64,000 bases of DNA from Thermodesulfobacteriota bacterium (GCA_965226585.1 OZ245366.1:832001-896000); one strand, 5' to 3'. Shown: positions 27,040 through 39,344, numbered from the stretch's first letter. The notes: generated from the sequence alone by a model not told the origin. Translations and numbers: made by a program.

Positions 27040-27312
27040 ATGCCGCTTGTCAGAATACCAACACCACTCAGAGCGCTTTCCGGAGACAAGGATGAGATTA
27101 GCATTTCCGCCGCCAATGTGGGGGAGTTGATTGAGAGTCTTGAAGCCGAATGCCCCGGAATGAAAGACCGCCTTTGCGATGAGAGCGGAGAGATACGAAG
27201 GTTTATCAACATCTACGTCAACAACGAAGACATCAGATTTCTTGATGGAAAAGACACAAAACTTTCCGACAGCGATAATGTTTCAATAATTCCCGCGATT
27301 GCGGGGGGTTGA
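27040..27312 (+). CDS. MoaD/ThiS/CysO-family ubiquitin-like sulfur carrier
   Basis: [20 protein letters not shown] and C-terminal PAIAGG; AGGAG RBS. Confidence 0.93.
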   Translation: MPLVRIPTPLRALSGDKDEISISAANVGELIESLEAECPGMKDRLCDESGEIRRFINIYVNNEDIRFLDGKDTKLSDSDNVSIIPAIAGG

Positions 27313-27320
27313 TGAAGTTT

Positions 27321-28376
27321 TTAGAACTCCTTTTCTAATTCTTCCAAAATCTTTTTCTGTTTTCCCGACAGTTTTTTCGGTATGTCCACTTTGACGGTTA
27401 CGAAAAGGTCTCCCGCGCCTCTGCCGTTTATGTTCGTTATTCCTTTTCCCTTCAGTCTTAAAACCGTTCCCGGTTGAGTGCCGGACGGGATTTTGAACGT
27501 TATGTCTTTTTTTCCGTCAAGTGACGGAATGGATATTTCATCGCCGTTTATCGCCTGTATAAAATTGATGTTCGCCCCGCACAACAAGTCTGCTCCCTGT
27601 CTTGAAAATGTTTTGTGCTCGGAAACTATGCAACGTATGTAAAGGTCGCCGTTTATGCCGTCTTTTCCCCTCGCCGCCTGCCCCTCGCCTCTGATTCTGA
27701 GACGGGTTCCGTTGTCAACACCCGGAGGTATGGAAACCTTGACCTTGCCCGTTTCCCGCAAAATCCCCTCGCCCCGGCAGTCTCCACACGGCTCCGTTAT
27801 TAACTCACCCCTGCCTCCGCAACCCCGGCATGTCTGCCGTACGGAGAAAAACCCCTGAGAATAACCCTGCTTGCCGCTTCCGCCGCACTGGTCGCACGTT
27901 ACGGTTTTCTCTCCGCCCTTTCCGCCACACTTGACGCAACGGACAATTCTCGGAATCTCCACCTCTTTTTTGCACCCGAAAACCGCGTCTTCAAATGTGA
28001 TGGCAAGGTCAAGTATAAGGTCTTGCCCCCTCTGGGGTCCTCCCCTTCTCCCGCCGCCCGAAAAAACATCATCAAAAAGGTCGCCGAACAACCCGCCCAA
28101 ATCACTGAAACCCTCGCCGCCGCCAAAACCGCCGCCGAAATCAAACGACTGCCCCGCCGCTCCCGCGTGTCCGAAATTATCGTATTGCGCCCTTTTCTGC
28201 TTGTCTGACAGAACCTGATACGCTTCGTTTATTTCCTTGAATTTCGCTTCGGCGTTACTCTCCTTGTTTCTGTCGGGATGATATTTAAGGGCGAGTTTTT
28301 TATACGCCTTTTTTATTTCCTCTTCGCCCGCCCCTCGCGAAACGCCCAGAGTTTCGTAATAATCTTTTTTCGCCAT
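27321..28376 (-). CDS. dnaJ: Chaperone DnaJ
   Basis: J-domain HPD, G/F region and four CxxCxGxG repeats. Confidence 0.97.
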   Translation of the reverse strand: MAKKDYYETLGVSRGAGEEEIKKAYKKLALKYHPDRNKESNAEAKFKEINEAYQVLSDKQKRAQYDNFGHAGAAGQSFDFGGGFGGGEGFSDLGGLFGDLFDDVFSGGGRRGGPQRGQDLILDLAITFEDAVFGCKKEVEIPRIVRCVKCGGKGGEKTVTCDQCGGSGKQGYSQGFFSVRQTCRGCGGRGELITEPCGDCRGEGILRETGKVKVSIPPGVDNGTRLRIRGEGQAARGKDGINGDLYIRCIVSEHKTFSRQGADLLCGANINFIQAINGDEISIPSLDGKKDITFKIPSGTQPGTVLRLKGKGITNINGRGAGDLFVTVKVDIPKKLSGKQKKILEELEKEF

Positions 28377-28385
28377 CTTTGCCCG

Positions 28386-28943
28386 CTATTTCCCTTTTTC
28401 GTCTCCGCCCGATGACACGGCAACAACAACGGGGCGAACCAAAGTTTCACCCGCCGTGTAGCCCTTTGCTATTTCCTCCACAATACAGCCCTCAGGCACT
28501 TCGCTTGAATGCCTTTTCTCTATCGCCTGATGCAGAGCGGGGTTGAACTTCTCCCCGGCTCCGGCAGATATCTGCGTTATGCCGAAGTTTTGCAGTTGCG
28601 AAACCCCCTGGTCGTAAGTCAGGCGCACTCCCTGAATAAGCCCGTCCGCATCCGCCCCCGGCTGTCCGCCGTGGCGAAGCGCGAGGTCCAGACTGTCCAG
28701 AATTCCGAATATTGACGCCGCTATGTCTCTGATGCCCTCAAGGCGCGCCGTTTGTCTCTCTTTTTCCGCGCGTTTTCTGTAGTTTTCAAAATCCGCGCTC
28801 AGACGGACAAACCTGTTATCCAACTCGCTGTATTTTTCTTCAATCCCCTTCTCTTTTTCGCTGTCCGCCGCCTGCGGTTTATTTTGCTCTTCCCCGCCGT
28901 CCTGCGGGGCGTTTTCGTTTTTGTCTTTTTTTCCGGAACTCAT
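28386..28943 (-). CDS. grpE: Nucleotide exchange factor GrpE
   Basis: ADFENYRKR, FNPALHQA and KGY....LVRP motifs. Confidence 0.95.
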   Translation of the reverse strand: MSSGKKDKNENAPQDGGEEQNKPQAADSEKEKGIEEKYSELDNRFVRLSADFENYRKRAEKERQTARLEGIRDIAASIFGILDSLDLALRHGGQPGADADGLIQGVRLTYDQGVSQLQNFGITQISAGAGEKFNPALHQAIEKRHSSEVPEGCIVEEIAKGYTAGETLVRPVVVAVSSGGDEKGK

Positions 28944-29479
28944 TGTGTATCCCCCCGTTTGTTAAAATCCGGGTCTTCCATGTAAAGCCGCGAGTTTCTT
29001 ATGTAATTTTCCGCGGATTTTTTTATTTCTTCTTTTTCTTCATCCGTCAAATCCCTCACAATTTTTGCCGGCACTCCCACCGCGAGTTTTCCCGAAGGCA
29101 GAACAAAACCCGGAGGCACAAGCGCGCCCGCGCCCACAACAGAACCGCTTTCTATTTTCGCGCCGTCAAGAACAACCGCCCCCATTCCTATCAGAACATT
29201 GCTCTCAACAACACAGCCGTGAACAACCGCGTTGTGCCCTATCGTAACAAAATCGCCTATTTCAAGCGAATATCTGCCGCCGGTTACGTGGAGCATCGTG
29301 TTGTCCTGCACATTTGTGCCGCCGCCGATTTTGATGCTGTGAACATCCCCCCTCGCCACCGCGCCGAACCAGATGCTTGACTGCTCGCCAAGCGTAACAT
29401 CTCCCACTATGACGGCTTGCTCTGCAACAAAAGCGGTCGAGTGTATGGACGGGAACTTTCCTTTGAGGGCTTTTATCAA
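28940..29479 (-). CDS. Gamma carbonic anhydrase family (YrdA/PaaY-like)
   Basis: RGDV, NVQDN, TIGHNAVVHGC, hexapeptide repeats and G.PAK.VR. Confidence 0.92.
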   Translation of the reverse strand: MIKALKGKFPSIHSTAFVAEQAVIVGDVTLGEQSSIWFGAVARGDVHSIKIGGGTNVQDNTMLHVTGGRYSLEIGDFVTIGHNAVVHGCVVESNVLIGMGAVVLDGAKIESGSVVGAGALVPPGFVLPSGKLAVGVPAKIVRDLTDEEKEEIKKSAENYIRNSRLYMEDPDFNKRGDTQ

Positions 29480-29480
29480 T

Positions 29481-31397
29481 TTATTTGTCTGTTATTTCAG
29501 CGTCTATGACTTCGCCCGAATCGTCATTACCTTTTTTCCCGTCCGCCTGTTTTTCTCCGGCGTCTCCGCCCGCAGGCTCCGCCCCGTTTGCCTCCTGCTG
29601 TTGCTTGTACATAATCTCGGCGAGATTGTGAGACGCCTTTGTTATCGCCTCTTGCGCCTTCTCCATCTCTTCGGGATTGTCAGACTTTATCGCGGCTTTT
29701 CCGGACTCAAGCGCCTGCTCAAGTTCCTTTTTTTCCTCTTCGGAAAGCTTGTCTTTGTGCTCTTCAAAGGTTTTTTCCGTTGAATATATCAACTGGTCCA
29801 ACTGGTTTTTCGCCTGAACCGACTGATGTTTTTTCTCGTCATCTTCGGAGTTTTCCTTCGCCTCGTTAATCATGCGGTCTATCTCATCCTGAGAAAGTCC
29901 GCTTGACGATTCCACCTTCACCTTCTGCTCCTCTCCGGTCGCCTTGTCTTTTGCCGCAACATGCAGAATGCCGTTCGCGTCTATGTCAAAAGAGACCTCT
30001 ATTTGAGGCATTCCTCTCTGAGCGGGCGGGATTTTATCCAGTATAAACCTCGCAAGCGTTCTGTTGTCGGAAGACATTTTCCTCTCGCCCTGAAGAACGT
30101 GGATTTCAACCTGCGGCTGATTGTCTTCGGCGGTTGTAAATACCTGACTTTTTTCTGTCGGTATTGTCGTGTTCGCCTCAACAACCGGCGTCATAACGCC
30201 GCCGAGTGTTTCAATTCCAAGCGAAAGAGGCGTAACGTCCAGAAGCAGAACGTCCTTCACGTCTCCGCTGAGAACCGCGCCCTGAATCGCCGCGCCCATC
30301 GCCACAACTTCGTCAGGGTTGATGCCCTTGTGCGGCTCTTTTCCGAAAAACTCGGTAACGGTTTTCTGAACAAGCGGCATCCTTGTTGAGCCGCCCACAA
30401 GCAGAACCTCAGATATGTCTGAAGCCTTGAGCCCTGAATCTTTGAGCGCGTTTTTGCACGGCTCAAGGGTTCCCTTGACCAGCGGGTCTATCAACTGCTC
30501 AAGTTTTGACCTTGTAATTTTCATCACAAGATGCTTCGCGCCCGAAGAGTCCGCCGTTACAAACGGAAGGTTCACTTCGGTCTCAAGTTTGCTTGACAGT
30601 TCAATCTTGGCTTTTTCCGCCGCCTCTCTGAGCCTCTGGATTGCCATCTTGTCGCCCGAAAGGTCTATGCCGCTGTCTTTTTTGAACTCCTCCGTGATGT
30701 AGGCAATTATGTGGCGGTCAAAGTCATCTCCGCCGAGCGAGGTGTCTCCGCCCGTTGATTTCACCTCTATAACGCCGTCGCTTATCTCAAGAACCGAAAC
30801 GTCAAACGTTCCGCCGCCGAGGTCGTACACGACTATTTTGCGGTCTTTCTGATTGTCAAAACCGTAGGCGAGCGCGGCGGCGGTGGGCTCGTTGATAATT
30901 CTGTCCACCTTCAGCCCCGCGATTTTTCCCGCGTCTTTTGTTGCCTGTCTCTGGCTGTCGTTAAAATACGCGGGCACGGTGATAACGGCTTCGGTAATTT
31001 CCGAGCCCGTGTAGCTTTCCGCCGCTTTTTTGAGCTTCATCAGCACATGAGACGCAATTTGCGGCGGCGAGTATTTTTTGTCTTCCGCTTCAATCCAGGC
31101 GTCTTTTCCCTCAGGCGAGGAGACAACACCGTAGGGAAGTTTGTCCACAAGATCCTTCACTTCGTCCAGCCTTCTTCCCATTAGGCGTTTGGATGAGTAA
31201 ATCGTGTCTGCCGGATTTACGACCGCCTGCCTTTTCGCGGAGCCGCCAACCAGCACGCCGTCCTCTTTTGTGAAGGCGACCGTTGAGGGAGTTGTGCGCT
31301 CCCCCTCTTCGTTCACGATAATTTTTGCCTCTCCGCCTTCAACAAGCGAGACGACAGAGTTTGTTGTTCCGAGATCTATTCCGATTATTTTTCCCAT
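29481..31397 (-). CDS. dnaK: Chaperone DnaK
   Basis: [35 protein letters not shown] and [11 protein letters not shown] motifs. Confidence 0.99.
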   Translation of the reverse strand: MGKIIGIDLGTTNSVVSLVEGGEAKIIVNEEGERTTPSTVAFTKEDGVLVGGSAKRQAVVNPADTIYSSKRLMGRRLDEVKDLVDKLPYGVVSSPEGKDAWIEAEDKKYSPPQIASHVLMKLKKAAESYTGSEITEAVITVPAYFNDSQRQATKDAGKIAGLKVDRIINEPTAAALAYGFDNQKDRKIVVYDLGGGTFDVSVLEISDGVIEVKSTGGDTSLGGDDFDRHIIAYITEEFKKDSGIDLSGDKMAIQRLREAAEKAKIELSSKLETEVNLPFVTADSSGAKHLVMKITRSKLEQLIDPLVKGTLEPCKNALKDSGLKASDISEVLLVGGSTRMPLVQKTVTEFFGKEPHKGINPDEVVAMGAAIQGAVLSGDVKDVLLLDVTPLSLGIETLGGVMTPVVEANTTIPTEKSQVFTTAEDNQPQVEIHVLQGERKMSSDNRTLARFILDKIPPAQRGMPQIEVSFDIDANGILHVAAKDKATGEEQKVKVESSSGLSQDEIDRMINEAKENSEDDEKKHQSVQAKNQLDQLIYSTEKTFEEHKDKLSEEEKKELEQALESGKAAIKSDNPEEMEKAQEAITKASHNLAEIMYKQQQEANGAEPAGGDAGEKQADGKKGNDDSGEVIDAEITDK

Positions 31398-31409
31398 TGT
31401 TTCCTCCGT

Positions 31410-32162
31410 TTACGTGAGTTTTTTTGCCATGCTGACGGCGGGAGACCGTTTCAGTCTGGCGATTGCTTTGCTTTCTATCTGCCTTACCCTTTCCCGTGAA
31501 ACTCCGAACTTTCTTCCCAGGTCTTCAAGTTTTTCGGGCTTTTCCGCAAGAAAACGCGCTGTGATAATTTCCCTCTCCCTCTCATCAAGTCCGCTGACGG
31601 CTTTTGAGAGAGCGTTTTTCTTCATCTCCATGCTTTCCGATTCCTCAAAAACCGCTTCCTGACCCGGAGAGGAGTCGGCAAGCATCTGAAGGTGCGAAAC
31701 AGAATCTGAATTTCCGTCAATTCCGCAATCAAGCGAAAAATCTCTCATCGCGCGGTTTCTAATCGCGCCGGACTGAAACATTTTTCTCTCCTTGCGTCCG
31801 CCAATTCTCACGGCTCCACAGAAGCGCATTATGTGTTCGTGTATGCGCGCCCTTATCCACCACACCGCATATGAGATAAGACGGTAGCCGCGATGCGGGT
31901 TGAACTTCTTCACCGCAGTCATCAGACCTATTGAACCCTCCTGAACGAGGTCCATCAAACCCGCGCCGTAACTTGTGTACTGCCGGGCGATTTTGACGAC
32001 AAAACGCAGGTTTGACGCAACAAGGGCGTGTGCCGCCTCAATGTCGCCCTTTTCCGCGTGCCTTACGGCAAGGGAGAACTCCTCTTCCCTGCTGAGCAAG
32101 GGGTGGCACTCCACATCCCTTAAAAACGCTCCGATATTTGAACTTACCGCCATCTGTTTCAT
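31410..32162 (-). CDS. RpoH/sigma32-like RNA polymerase sigma factor
   Basis: NLRFVVKIA, DLVQEGSIGLM.AVKKFNP.RGYRLISYAVWWIRA and HTH GVSRERVRQIE. Confidence 0.85.
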   Translation of the reverse strand: MKQMAVSSNIGAFLRDVECHPLLSREEEFSLAVRHAEKGDIEAAHALVASNLRFVVKIARQYTSYGAGLMDLVQEGSIGLMTAVKKFNPHRGYRLISYAVWWIRARIHEHIMRFCGAVRIGGRKERKMFQSGAIRNRAMRDFSLDCGIDGNSDSVSHLQMLADSSPGQEAVFEESESMEMKKNALSKAVSGLDEREREIITARFLAEKPEKLEDLGRKFGVSRERVRQIESKAIARLKRSPAVSMAKKLT

Positions 32163-32183
32163 AGTCAGTTGCCTTCAAAACTC

Positions 32184-32211
32184 AAGATAAACACGGAACC
32201 CCCCGTGTCAA
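32184..32211 (-). promoter_or_regulatory. Promoter for the sigma-dnaK operon with an inverted repeat in the spacer
   Basis: TTGACA-N16-TATCTT; ACACGG-N6-CCGTGT at 32191-32208. Confidence 0.5.
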
Positions 32212-32343
32212 GAAATAAAGGCAATTTTACGGAAAGAAAATTTACACGGCGAAAACAGCGATTTGTGTTTTGTAAGAGTGGGTTATGGGGCGAAGTTGTA
32301 GTTGTGATTTAACGCGCTTGCGCGCCGGACAGCCGCGATAACG

Positions 32344-33504
32344 TTACGCTATCGCGCCAACCGCCTTCTCCGCGGCTTCTTTCATGTCGGCTCCGGTGGT
32401 TATGTCCAGCCCCGATTCGGCAAGCATCTTCCTGCCCAGTTCAACGTTTGTTCCCTCAAGCCGCACAATAAGCGGAACCTTTATTCCCACATCTTTCGCG
32501 GCGGCGATTATGCCCTCCGCTATTACGTCGCACTTCATTATGCCCCCGAAAATGTTGACCAAAACGGATTTAACGTTTTTGTCGCTCAGTATCATCTTGA
32601 ACGCCTTTGTTACCTGCTCTGTTGTCGCTCCGCCTCCCACGTCAAGGAAGTTCGCCGGCTCCGCGCCGTAGTATTTGATTATATCCATTGTCGCCATCGC
32701 GAGCCCCGCGCCGTTGACAAGACAGCCGATGTTGCCCTCCATTTTGACAAAACTGATGCCGACCTCTCTCGCCTCAACGTCTATGGGATTTTCATCGCTT
32801 GTGTCGCGCATTGCCTCAAGGTCTTTGTGCCTGTAAAGGGCGTTGTCATCCAGATTGACCTTGCAGTCAAGCGCGAAGATGTCGTTGCCGGAGGTCAAAA
32901 TAAGCGGGTTTATCTCGGCAATTGAACAGTCGTTTTCCCGGTAAAGCCGGTAAAGATTTGAAATAAACGCGACCGCTTTGTTCACGGTTTTGCCCGTGAG
33001 CCCGAGTTTATACGCTATGCGTCTGCACTGAAACGGCTGTACACCGACCGCCGGATCCACGAATTCTTTTACAATCTTTTCAGGCGTTTCCTTCGCGACT
33101 TCCTCTATTTCAACGCCGCCCTCTGAACTCGCCATAATAACATCGCGCTCGCTTGAACGGTCTGAAACAACGGCAAGGTAGAACTCGTGGGCTATGTCTG
33201 CGGGCTCTTCAACGAGAACCTTGCGCACAACCTTCCCTTCCGGTCCCGTCTGATGGGTTACGAGCGTCATTCCCAGCATTTCGGAACTGATTTTTTCCGC
33301 CTCTTCGGGAGTTGCCGCTATTTTAATTCCGCCCGCCTTTCCTCTGCCTCCGGCAAGCACCTGCGCCTTGATGACAAATTTGTCAAATTTTAATTCCTCA
33401 GCGCAAGCACGCGCCTCTTCCGCCGTATCGGCAACCTTTCCCGCCGGAACGGGCACGCCGTATTTTGAAAGCAGTTGTTTTGACTGATATTCGTGAAGGT
33501 TCAA
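32344..33504 (-). CDS. sucC: Succinyl-CoA synthetase beta subunit
   Basis: [32 protein letters not shown] and NFLDVGG motifs. Confidence 0.98.
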   Translation of the reverse strand: MNLHEYQSKQLLSKYGVPVPAGKVADTAEEARACAEELKFDKFVIKAQVLAGGRGKAGGIKIAATPEEAEKISSEMLGMTLVTHQTGPEGKVVRKVLVEEPADIAHEFYLAVVSDRSSERDVIMASSEGGVEIEEVAKETPEKIVKEFVDPAVGVQPFQCRRIAYKLGLTGKTVNKAVAFISNLYRLYRENDCSIAEINPLILTSGNDIFALDCKVNLDDNALYRHKDLEAMRDTSDENPIDVEAREVGISFVKMEGNIGCLVNGAGLAMATMDIIKYYGAEPANFLDVGGGATTEQVTKAFKMILSDKNVKSVLVNIFGGIMKCDVIAEGIIAAAKDVGIKVPLIVRLEGTNVELGRKMLAESGLDITTGADMKEAAEKAVGAIA

Positions 33505-33522
33505 TTTTTCTCTCCTTTTAAG

Positions 33523-34284
33523 TTATTTTATCGCCGATTTTATCCAATCCCTTTTCATCGCGGATATGTTTGTGATGGAAATTCCCTTCGGGCATACCGC
33601 TTCGCACTCGGCGTGGTTTGAGCAGTTGCCGAAGCCCTCTTCATCCATCCTGTTGACCATTCTTCTGACCCTTGATGCCGCTTCGGGCGCGCCTTGAGGC
33701 AGAATTCCCAGATGGGATATTTTTGCGGAAGTGAAAAGTGAAGCGGACGCATTCGGACACGCCGCCACGCACGCTCCGCATCCTATACACTCGGCTGAGT
33801 CCATTGCCTCATCCGCCACTGTTTTCGGTACGGGCACATCGTTCGCGTTCGGCGCGCTTCCCGTGTTGACGGAAATGTATCCGCCCGCGCGTATGATTCT
33901 GTCAAACGCGCTCCGGTCAACCATTAAGTCTTTCTGAACCGGAAACGCGTTAGCCCTGAACGGCTCAATAAATATGGTGTCTCCGTTTTTGAAGTGCCTC
34001 ATGTGCAACTGGCAGACGGTTGTTTCGGGTTCGGGCCCGTGCGCTTCGCCGTTGATGGTGATTCCGCAGGTTCCGCAAATCCCCTCGCGGCAGTCGCTGT
34101 CAAAAGCTATGGGGTCTTTGTCGTCTTTCAGCAAACCTTCGTTGACAACATCCAGCATTTCAAGAAAAGACATATCGCCCGACACGTTTTTTGCTTCGTA
34201 TTCTTTCATTGAGCCTTTTGAGTCCGCATCTTTCTGCCGCCAGACCATAAGGGTCAAATTCATTTTTGGTGTGTTTTCAGACAT
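33523..34284 (-). CDS. sdhB: Succinate dehydrogenase/fumarate reductase Fe-S subunit
   Basis: [17 protein letters not shown]...CP and C.N..EC...CP motifs. Confidence 0.95.
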   Translation of the reverse strand: MSENTPKMNLTLMVWRQKDADSKGSMKEYEAKNVSGDMSFLEMLDVVNEGLLKDDKDPIAFDSDCREGICGTCGITINGEAHGPEPETTVCQLHMRHFKNGDTIFIEPFRANAFPVQKDLMVDRSAFDRIIRAGGYISVNTGSAPNANDVPVPKTVADEAMDSAECIGCGACVAACPNASASLFTSAKISHLGILPQGAPEAASRVRRMVNRMDEEGFGNCSNHAECEAVCPKGISITNISAMKRDWIKSAIK

Positions 34285-34360
34285 CTGAGAAGAGCCTCTT
34301 GCGGGGCATACGAAACTTATATTAAACGCCGTTGTTTGTAAAAAACGTTCCGCGTCCGCC

Positions 34361-36271
34361 CTACTTATAACTCCTTGTTGACGGCTTTACGAACTCAAAA
34401 TCCAGATTTTCCTTTTCGAGTTCCGCCTGCCCGCCGGGGTTGCTTTTCCATGCCGACACATACGCGTATTTTTCATCATCGCGCAATGCCTCTCCGTCTT
34501 GAGTCTGATACTCTTCGCGGAAATGCCCTCCGCATGACTCCTCTCGGTTCAGAGCGTCTCGCGCCATCAGTTCGCCAAGTTCAAGAAAATCAGCCACTCT
34601 GCCCGCCATCTCAAGGTTTTTGTTGATTGTGTCCGCGCTCTCGCCAATCTTCACGTTGTGGTAAAACTCCTCTCTTATTCTGGGAATTTCCGCAAGCGCG
34701 TGATTCAGCCCTTCAGAACTTCTGGACATTCCAACATAGTCCCACATTATCTTTCCGAGTTCGCGGTGGAACTCAAGAACCGTTTTATTTCCCTTGACTG
34801 AAAGAAGTTTTTCCGTGTTTTGCCTCACATTTTCCGCGCTTTCTCTGAACTCCGGCGCGTCTGTTCCGGTCTTTGGCAGTTCCGTTCCGGCAAAGTATTC
34901 GCCGATTGTGTACGGAATCACAAAGTAGCCGTCCGCAAGCCCCTGCATAAGCGCGCTCGCTCCCAGCCGGTTTGCCCCGTGGTCGGAAAAGTTTGCCTCT
35001 CCCAGAACAAAAAGCCCCGGAATTGTGCTCATCAGTCCGTAGTCAACCCACAGCCCGCCCATGCAGTAGTGAACCGCCGGATATATCCTCATCGGAACCT
35101 TGTAGGGATTTTCATCCGTAATCTTCCGGTAGATGTCAAAAAGGTTTCCGTATTTCGCTCTTACCTCGCCCTCTCCAAGCCGCTCAATCGCGGACGCGAA
35201 GTCCAGATAAACCGAAAGCCCCGTTTCGCCAACGCCCCCGCCTTCGTCGCATATCGCCTTTGCCGCCCTTGAAGCAACATCTCTCGGCACAAGATTTCCA
35301 AACGCCGGGTATCTTCTCTCAAGGTAATAGTCTCTTTCTTCTTCCGGTATATCGCCCGGACCTCTGGAGTCGTTTTTGTCTTTCGGAACCCACACTCTTC
35401 CGTCATTTCGCAGGCTTTCGCTCATAAGCGTCAGTTTTGACTGATGGTCTCCCGAAACCGGTATGCAGGTGGGATGTATTTGCGTGAAGCACGGGTTGGC
35501 GAAAAGCGCGCCCTTTTTATGACAGCGCCACGCGGCGGTTACGTTTGAGTTTCTGCCGTTTGTGGACAGGTAGTAGATGTTGCCGTATCCGCCGGTCGCA
35601 AGAACCACCGCTTCTGCCGCAAAAGATTCTATCTCGCCGTTTTTCAGGTTTCTGCAAACCACTCCGCGCGCTTTTCCGCCTGATACAACAACGTCAAGCA
35701 TTTCTCTCATGGGAAATATTTCCACCCCGCCTTTGTCCGCCTGACGCATCAGCGCGCTGTACGCGCCGATGAGCAACTGCTGTCCCGTCTGTCCGCGCGC
35801 GTAAAAAGTCCGCGACACTTGAGCGCCTCCGAATGAGCGGTTTTCAAGCATTCCGCCGTAGTCTCTCGCGAACGGAACGCCCTGCGCGGCGCACTGGTCT
35901 ATTATTCCCGCGCTTATCTCGGCAAGGCGGTAAACGTTCGCCTCTCTCGCCCTGTAGTCTCCGCCTTTGATTGTGTCGTAGAAAAGCCGCCAGACGCTGT
36001 CGCCGTCATTCTGATAGTTCTTCGCGGCGTTGATGCCGCCTTGCGCCGCTATGCTGTGAGCGCGGCGCGGAGAATCCTGTATGCAGATGTTTTTTACCTT
36101 GTATCCCAGTTCGGCAAGAGACGCCGCCGCAGACGCGCCCGCAAGACCGCTGCCCACAACAATGACGCTAATCCCGCGCTTGTTTGCCGGGTTAACCAGA
36201 GGCACTGTGGATTTGTATTTTGTCCACTTCTCCTCAAGCCCGCCTTCGGGCATTTTTGCCTTAAGAGACAA
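34361..36271 (-). CDS. sdhA: Succinate dehydrogenase/fumarate reductase flavoprotein
   Basis: [24 protein letters not shown] and [11 protein letters not shown] motifs; likely TTG start at 36271 after GGAGG. Confidence 0.95.
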   Translation of the reverse strand: MSLKAKMPEGGLEEKWTKYKSTVPLVNPANKRGISVIVVGSGLAGASAAASLAELGYKVKNICIQDSPRRAHSIAAQGGINAAKNYQNDGDSVWRLFYDTIKGGDYRAREANVYRLAEISAGIIDQCAAQGVPFARDYGGMLENRSFGGAQVSRTFYARGQTGQQLLIGAYSALMRQADKGGVEIFPMREMLDVVVSGGKARGVVCRNLKNGEIESFAAEAVVLATGGYGNIYYLSTNGRNSNVTAAWRCHKKGALFANPCFTQIHPTCIPVSGDHQSKLTLMSESLRNDGRVWVPKDKNDSRGPGDIPEEERDYYLERRYPAFGNLVPRDVASRAAKAICDEGGGVGETGLSVYLDFASAIERLGEGEVRAKYGNLFDIYRKITDENPYKVPMRIYPAVHYCMGGLWVDYGLMSTIPGLFVLGEANFSDHGANRLGASALMQGLADGYFVIPYTIGEYFAGTELPKTGTDAPEFRESAENVRQNTEKLLSVKGNKTVLEFHRELGKIMWDYVGMSRSSEGLNHALAEIPRIREEFYHNVKIGESADTINKNLEMAGRVADFLELGELMARDALNREESCGGHFREEYQTQDGEALRDDEKYAYVSAWKSNPGGQAELEKENLDFEFVKPSTRSYK

Positions 36272-36275
36272 CCGT

Positions 36276-36950
36276 TTATCCTCCGCTCCCCACAAAATAT
36301 ATCCAAAGCGGGATAACAAGAAATCCGGTGGACAACGCCGCCGCGACCATATACCCCGTTACCGTTACGGACTTCATATACTTTTTGTTGACCGCTCCGA
36401 GCGACTGAAACGCGCTCCAGTATCCGTGCCTCAAGTGAAAGCCCAGAAGTATCATCGCCCCGGTGTACAGAAGAACATTGAGCGGGTTTCCGAAGAATTC
36501 GTACACAAGGCGGTAAACGTCTCTCGTTGTTTCGCCCTGAATCTGTGTTGTGTAGCCCTCGGCAACTCCCGGACCGAAGCGGAACGAAATCACGTGCCAC
36601 ACCACAAACGCTCCGAGCAGAATGCCCGTGTATATCATGTTTCTTGAAACGGCGGGTTTCGTGGCGGACGCTCTGCCGCTTGAGCCCGCGACATAATTCT
36701 CCGCGCGCGCCCTTCTGTTTCCAACCGCTATAACTATGGAACTGATTATGTGCGCTCCGAACACGGCAAGAAGTCCAATCTCAGTTGCCGTGAGAATCCA
36801 TCCGAAGTCGTGCAGAAATTTTGCGTATGAGTTGAAGGGGTCGGGGTTGTTGCTGAACAGAGTCAGGTTTCCGAGAAGGTGAACCACCAGAAAGCCCACA
36901 AGGCTTATTCCGGTGAGAGCGTTCAGGATTTTCTTTGCGACCGAGGACAT
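36276..36950 (-). CDS. sdhC: Succinate dehydrogenase cytochrome b subunit
   Basis: TG..LV.FL..HL.GN and [12 protein letters not shown] motifs; five TM helices; upstream of sdhA. Confidence 0.92.
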   Translation of the reverse strand: MSSVAKKILNALTGISLVGFLVVHLLGNLTLFSNNPDPFNSYAKFLHDFGWILTATEIGLLAVFGAHIISSIVIAVGNRRARAENYVAGSSGRASATKPAVSRNMIYTGILLGAFVVWHVISFRFGPGVAEGYTTQIQGETTRDVYRLVYEFFGNPLNVLLYTGAMILLGFHLRHGYWSAFQSLGAVNKKYMKSVTVTGYMVAAALSTGFLVIPLWIYFVGSGG

Positions 36951-36956
36951 TTTTCT

Positions 36957-37895
36957 TCACTCCGCTATGGAGTCAATTTTGTCGCACAGTTCCTTGACAC
37001 GCGATGAGGAAATCCGCAGTTCCTCCGCCTCGGTATCCGTGAGCTCTATTTCAACGATTTCCTCGGCTCCTTTCTCTCCGAGTTTGACGGGAAGTCCCGC
37101 GAAAATGCCGTCAATTCCGTACTGCCCCTCAGCGAGAACACAGCAGGGAAGTATCTGTTTTTTATCCTTTATTATCGCCTCCGCCATCAGCGCGGCAGAC
37201 GCGCCGGGGGCGTAGAACGCGCTTCCGGTTTTAAGAAGCCCCACTATTTCCGCGCCGCCCTTGCGGGTTCTCTCCACAAGCGCGTCTATTTTTGCCGGGG
37301 CAAGAATATCTGTGAGCGGAATCCCGGACACGGTTGTGTATCGGGAAAGGGGAACCATGTCGTCGCCGTGCCCGCCAAGCACAAACGCGTCTATGTTTTC
37401 AACGGATACGTTCAACTCTTCCGCTATGAAGGTTTTGAAGCGCGCAGAATCAAGAACTCCCGCCATTCCCATCACGCGCTCTTTCGGAAATCCGCTTGTT
37501 TTGTAAGCCGTGTACACCATGGCGTCAAGCGGGTTTGTTACGAGAATAAGAATTGCCTGCGGGGATTTTTCCGCGACCTGTTTTACAACCTGCCGAATGA
37601 TTTTTGTGTTTGTGGAAACAAGATCGTCTCTGCTCATGCCGGGTTTTCTCGGCACTCCTGAGGTGACTATAACTATGTCCGAATTCGCGGTCTCGTCGTA
37701 CCCGTTGCTTCCCGCGACTTTTACGTCAACACCAAGCACGGCGCACATCTGGGATATATCCAGCGCTTTGCCCTGAGGCATATCCTCAACGATGTCAACA
37801 ATTACGACATCCGCAATCTCAAGTTCGGCAACTCTGAGCGCGGCGGTCGCGCCAACATTGCCGCCGCCGATTATGGATATTTTTGGTCTTGGCAT
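36957..37895 (-). CDS. mdh: Malate dehydrogenase (LDH-like)
   Basis: GGGNVG, PRKPGMSRDDL, GVLDSARF, GGHGD and LLKTGSAFYAP motifs. Confidence 0.96.
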   Translation of the reverse strand: MPRPKISIIGGGNVGATAALRVAELEIADVVIVDIVEDMPQGKALDISQMCAVLGVDVKVAGSNGYDETANSDIVIVTSGVPRKPGMSRDDLVSTNTKIIRQVVKQVAEKSPQAILILVTNPLDAMVYTAYKTSGFPKERVMGMAGVLDSARFKTFIAEELNVSVENIDAFVLGGHGDDMVPLSRYTTVSGIPLTDILAPAKIDALVERTRKGGAEIVGLLKTGSAFYAPGASAALMAEAIIKDKKQILPCCVLAEGQYGIDGIFAGLPVKLGEKGAEEIVEIELTDTEAEELRISSSRVKELCDKIDSIAE

Positions 37896-37914
37896 GATGC
37901 TGACTGCGGGGTTT

Positions 37915-39294
37915 TCAACCCATGTTTTCAACTATGGCGTTTCCGAATTCACTGCATTTGAGCAGGGTCGCTCCGTCCATAAGACGCTCAAAATCGTAAG
38001 TTACGGTTTTGTTCTCAATGGATTTAGCCATGCCCCTCTCAATGAGGTCGGCAACTTCGTCCCAGCCGAGATGGCGGAACATCATAACTCCCGAAAGGAT
38101 TACGGAACTCGGGTTCACTTTGTCCAGCCCCGCGTATTTCGGCGCCGTTCCGTGAGTTGCCTCAAAAATTCCGTGTCCGGTTTCGTAGTTTATGTTCGCT
38201 CCGGGGGCAATTCCTATTCCTCCGACCTGAGCCGCGAGAGCGTCTGAAAGGTAGTCGCCGTTGAGGTTCATTGTTGCTATCACGTCAAACTCTTTCGCCC
38301 TTGTAAGAACCTGCTGGAGGGTGATGTCTGCTATTGTGTCTTTCACCATCAGCTTTTTCTTGTAGTTGCCGCCGCCGTGCGATTTGTAGATTGAGTTGAC
38401 AACCTCTTCCACCTCTGAGCACAAGTCGGCTTTCTGCGAGTCGGTCATCATGTCGTATCCGGGGTCTATTTTCTTCGCGTTGTCTTCTGTGCTGATGCCC
38501 GTATCCCTGTCTTTGTTGTCAAGAATCCAGCTCTCTCTCTCCGTTACCGTGTCTTTTCTGAACTCGGAAGTTGCCACCTCAAAGCCCCAGTCTTTGAAGG
38601 CTCCCTCGGTGAACTTCATTATGTTGCCCTTGTGAACAAAGCAGACGCTTTTGCGTTTGTGATCCAGAGCGTAGCGAATCGCCGCGCGCACAAGGCGGGA
38701 CGTTCCCTCCTGCGAGACCGGCTTGATTCCTATTCCGGAAGTTTTCGGGAAACGGATTTTTTCCACTCCCATCTCTTCGCGCATAAACCCTATAATTTTC
38801 TTCGCCTCCGGGCTTTCGGCTTTCCACTCTATTCCGGCGTATATGTCTTCGGAGTTTTCGCGGAAAATTACCATGTCAACATCTTTCGGATTTTTCACCG
38901 GGCTTGGAACACCCTCGTACCACTTTACGGGTCTGAGACACACGTAGAGGTCAAGTATCTGTCTGAGGGCAACGTTAAGGCTTCTTATGCCGCCGCCGAT
39001 GGGCGTTGTGAGAGGTCCCTTGATTCCCACAAAGTATTTTTTGAAATTCTCAATGGTTTCCGCGGGAAGCCAGTCGCCCGTTTCGTTAAACGCTTTTTCT
39101 CCCGCAAGCACCTCAAGCCAGTCAATCTTTTTGCTTCCGCCGTAGGCTTTTTCAACCGCCGAGTCGAAAACATGCTGAGACGATTTCCAGATGTCGGGTC
39201 CCGTGCCGTCTCCTTCAATGAACGGTATTACCGGATTGTCGGGAACAACCAGTTGCCCCCCTTCTTTGATTGTGATTTGTTGTCCTTCAGGCAT
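37915..39294 (-). CDS. icd: NADP-dependent isocitrate dehydrogenase (dimeric type)
   Basis: [35 protein letters not shown] and [12 protein letters not shown] motifs. Confidence 0.97.
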   Translation of the reverse strand: MPEGQQITIKEGGQLVVPDNPVIPFIEGDGTGPDIWKSSQHVFDSAVEKAYGGSKKIDWLEVLAGEKAFNETGDWLPAETIENFKKYFVGIKGPLTTPIGGGIRSLNVALRQILDLYVCLRPVKWYEGVPSPVKNPKDVDMVIFRENSEDIYAGIEWKAESPEAKKIIGFMREEMGVEKIRFPKTSGIGIKPVSQEGTSRLVRAAIRYALDHKRKSVCFVHKGNIMKFTEGAFKDWGFEVATSEFRKDTVTERESWILDNKDRDTGISTEDNAKKIDPGYDMMTDSQKADLCSEVEEVVNSIYKSHGGGNYKKKLMVKDTIADITLQQVLTRAKEFDVIATMNLNGDYLSDALAAQVGGIGIAPGANINYETGHGIFEATHGTAPKYAGLDKVNPSSVILSGVMMFRHLGWDEVADLIERGMAKSIENKTVTYDFERLMDGATLLKCSEFGNAIVENMG

Positions 39295-39344
39295 TTATTT
39301 GCTCCTTGTTTTGATGTTTTCGAAAACCCCGTGCCGCCGGGGAA

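Noticed and set aside
38340..38560. Insertion in Icd as an intein or mobile element
   Set aside because: It is short and in-frame, lacks intein terminal motifs, and similar insertions occur in some dimeric Icd subgroups
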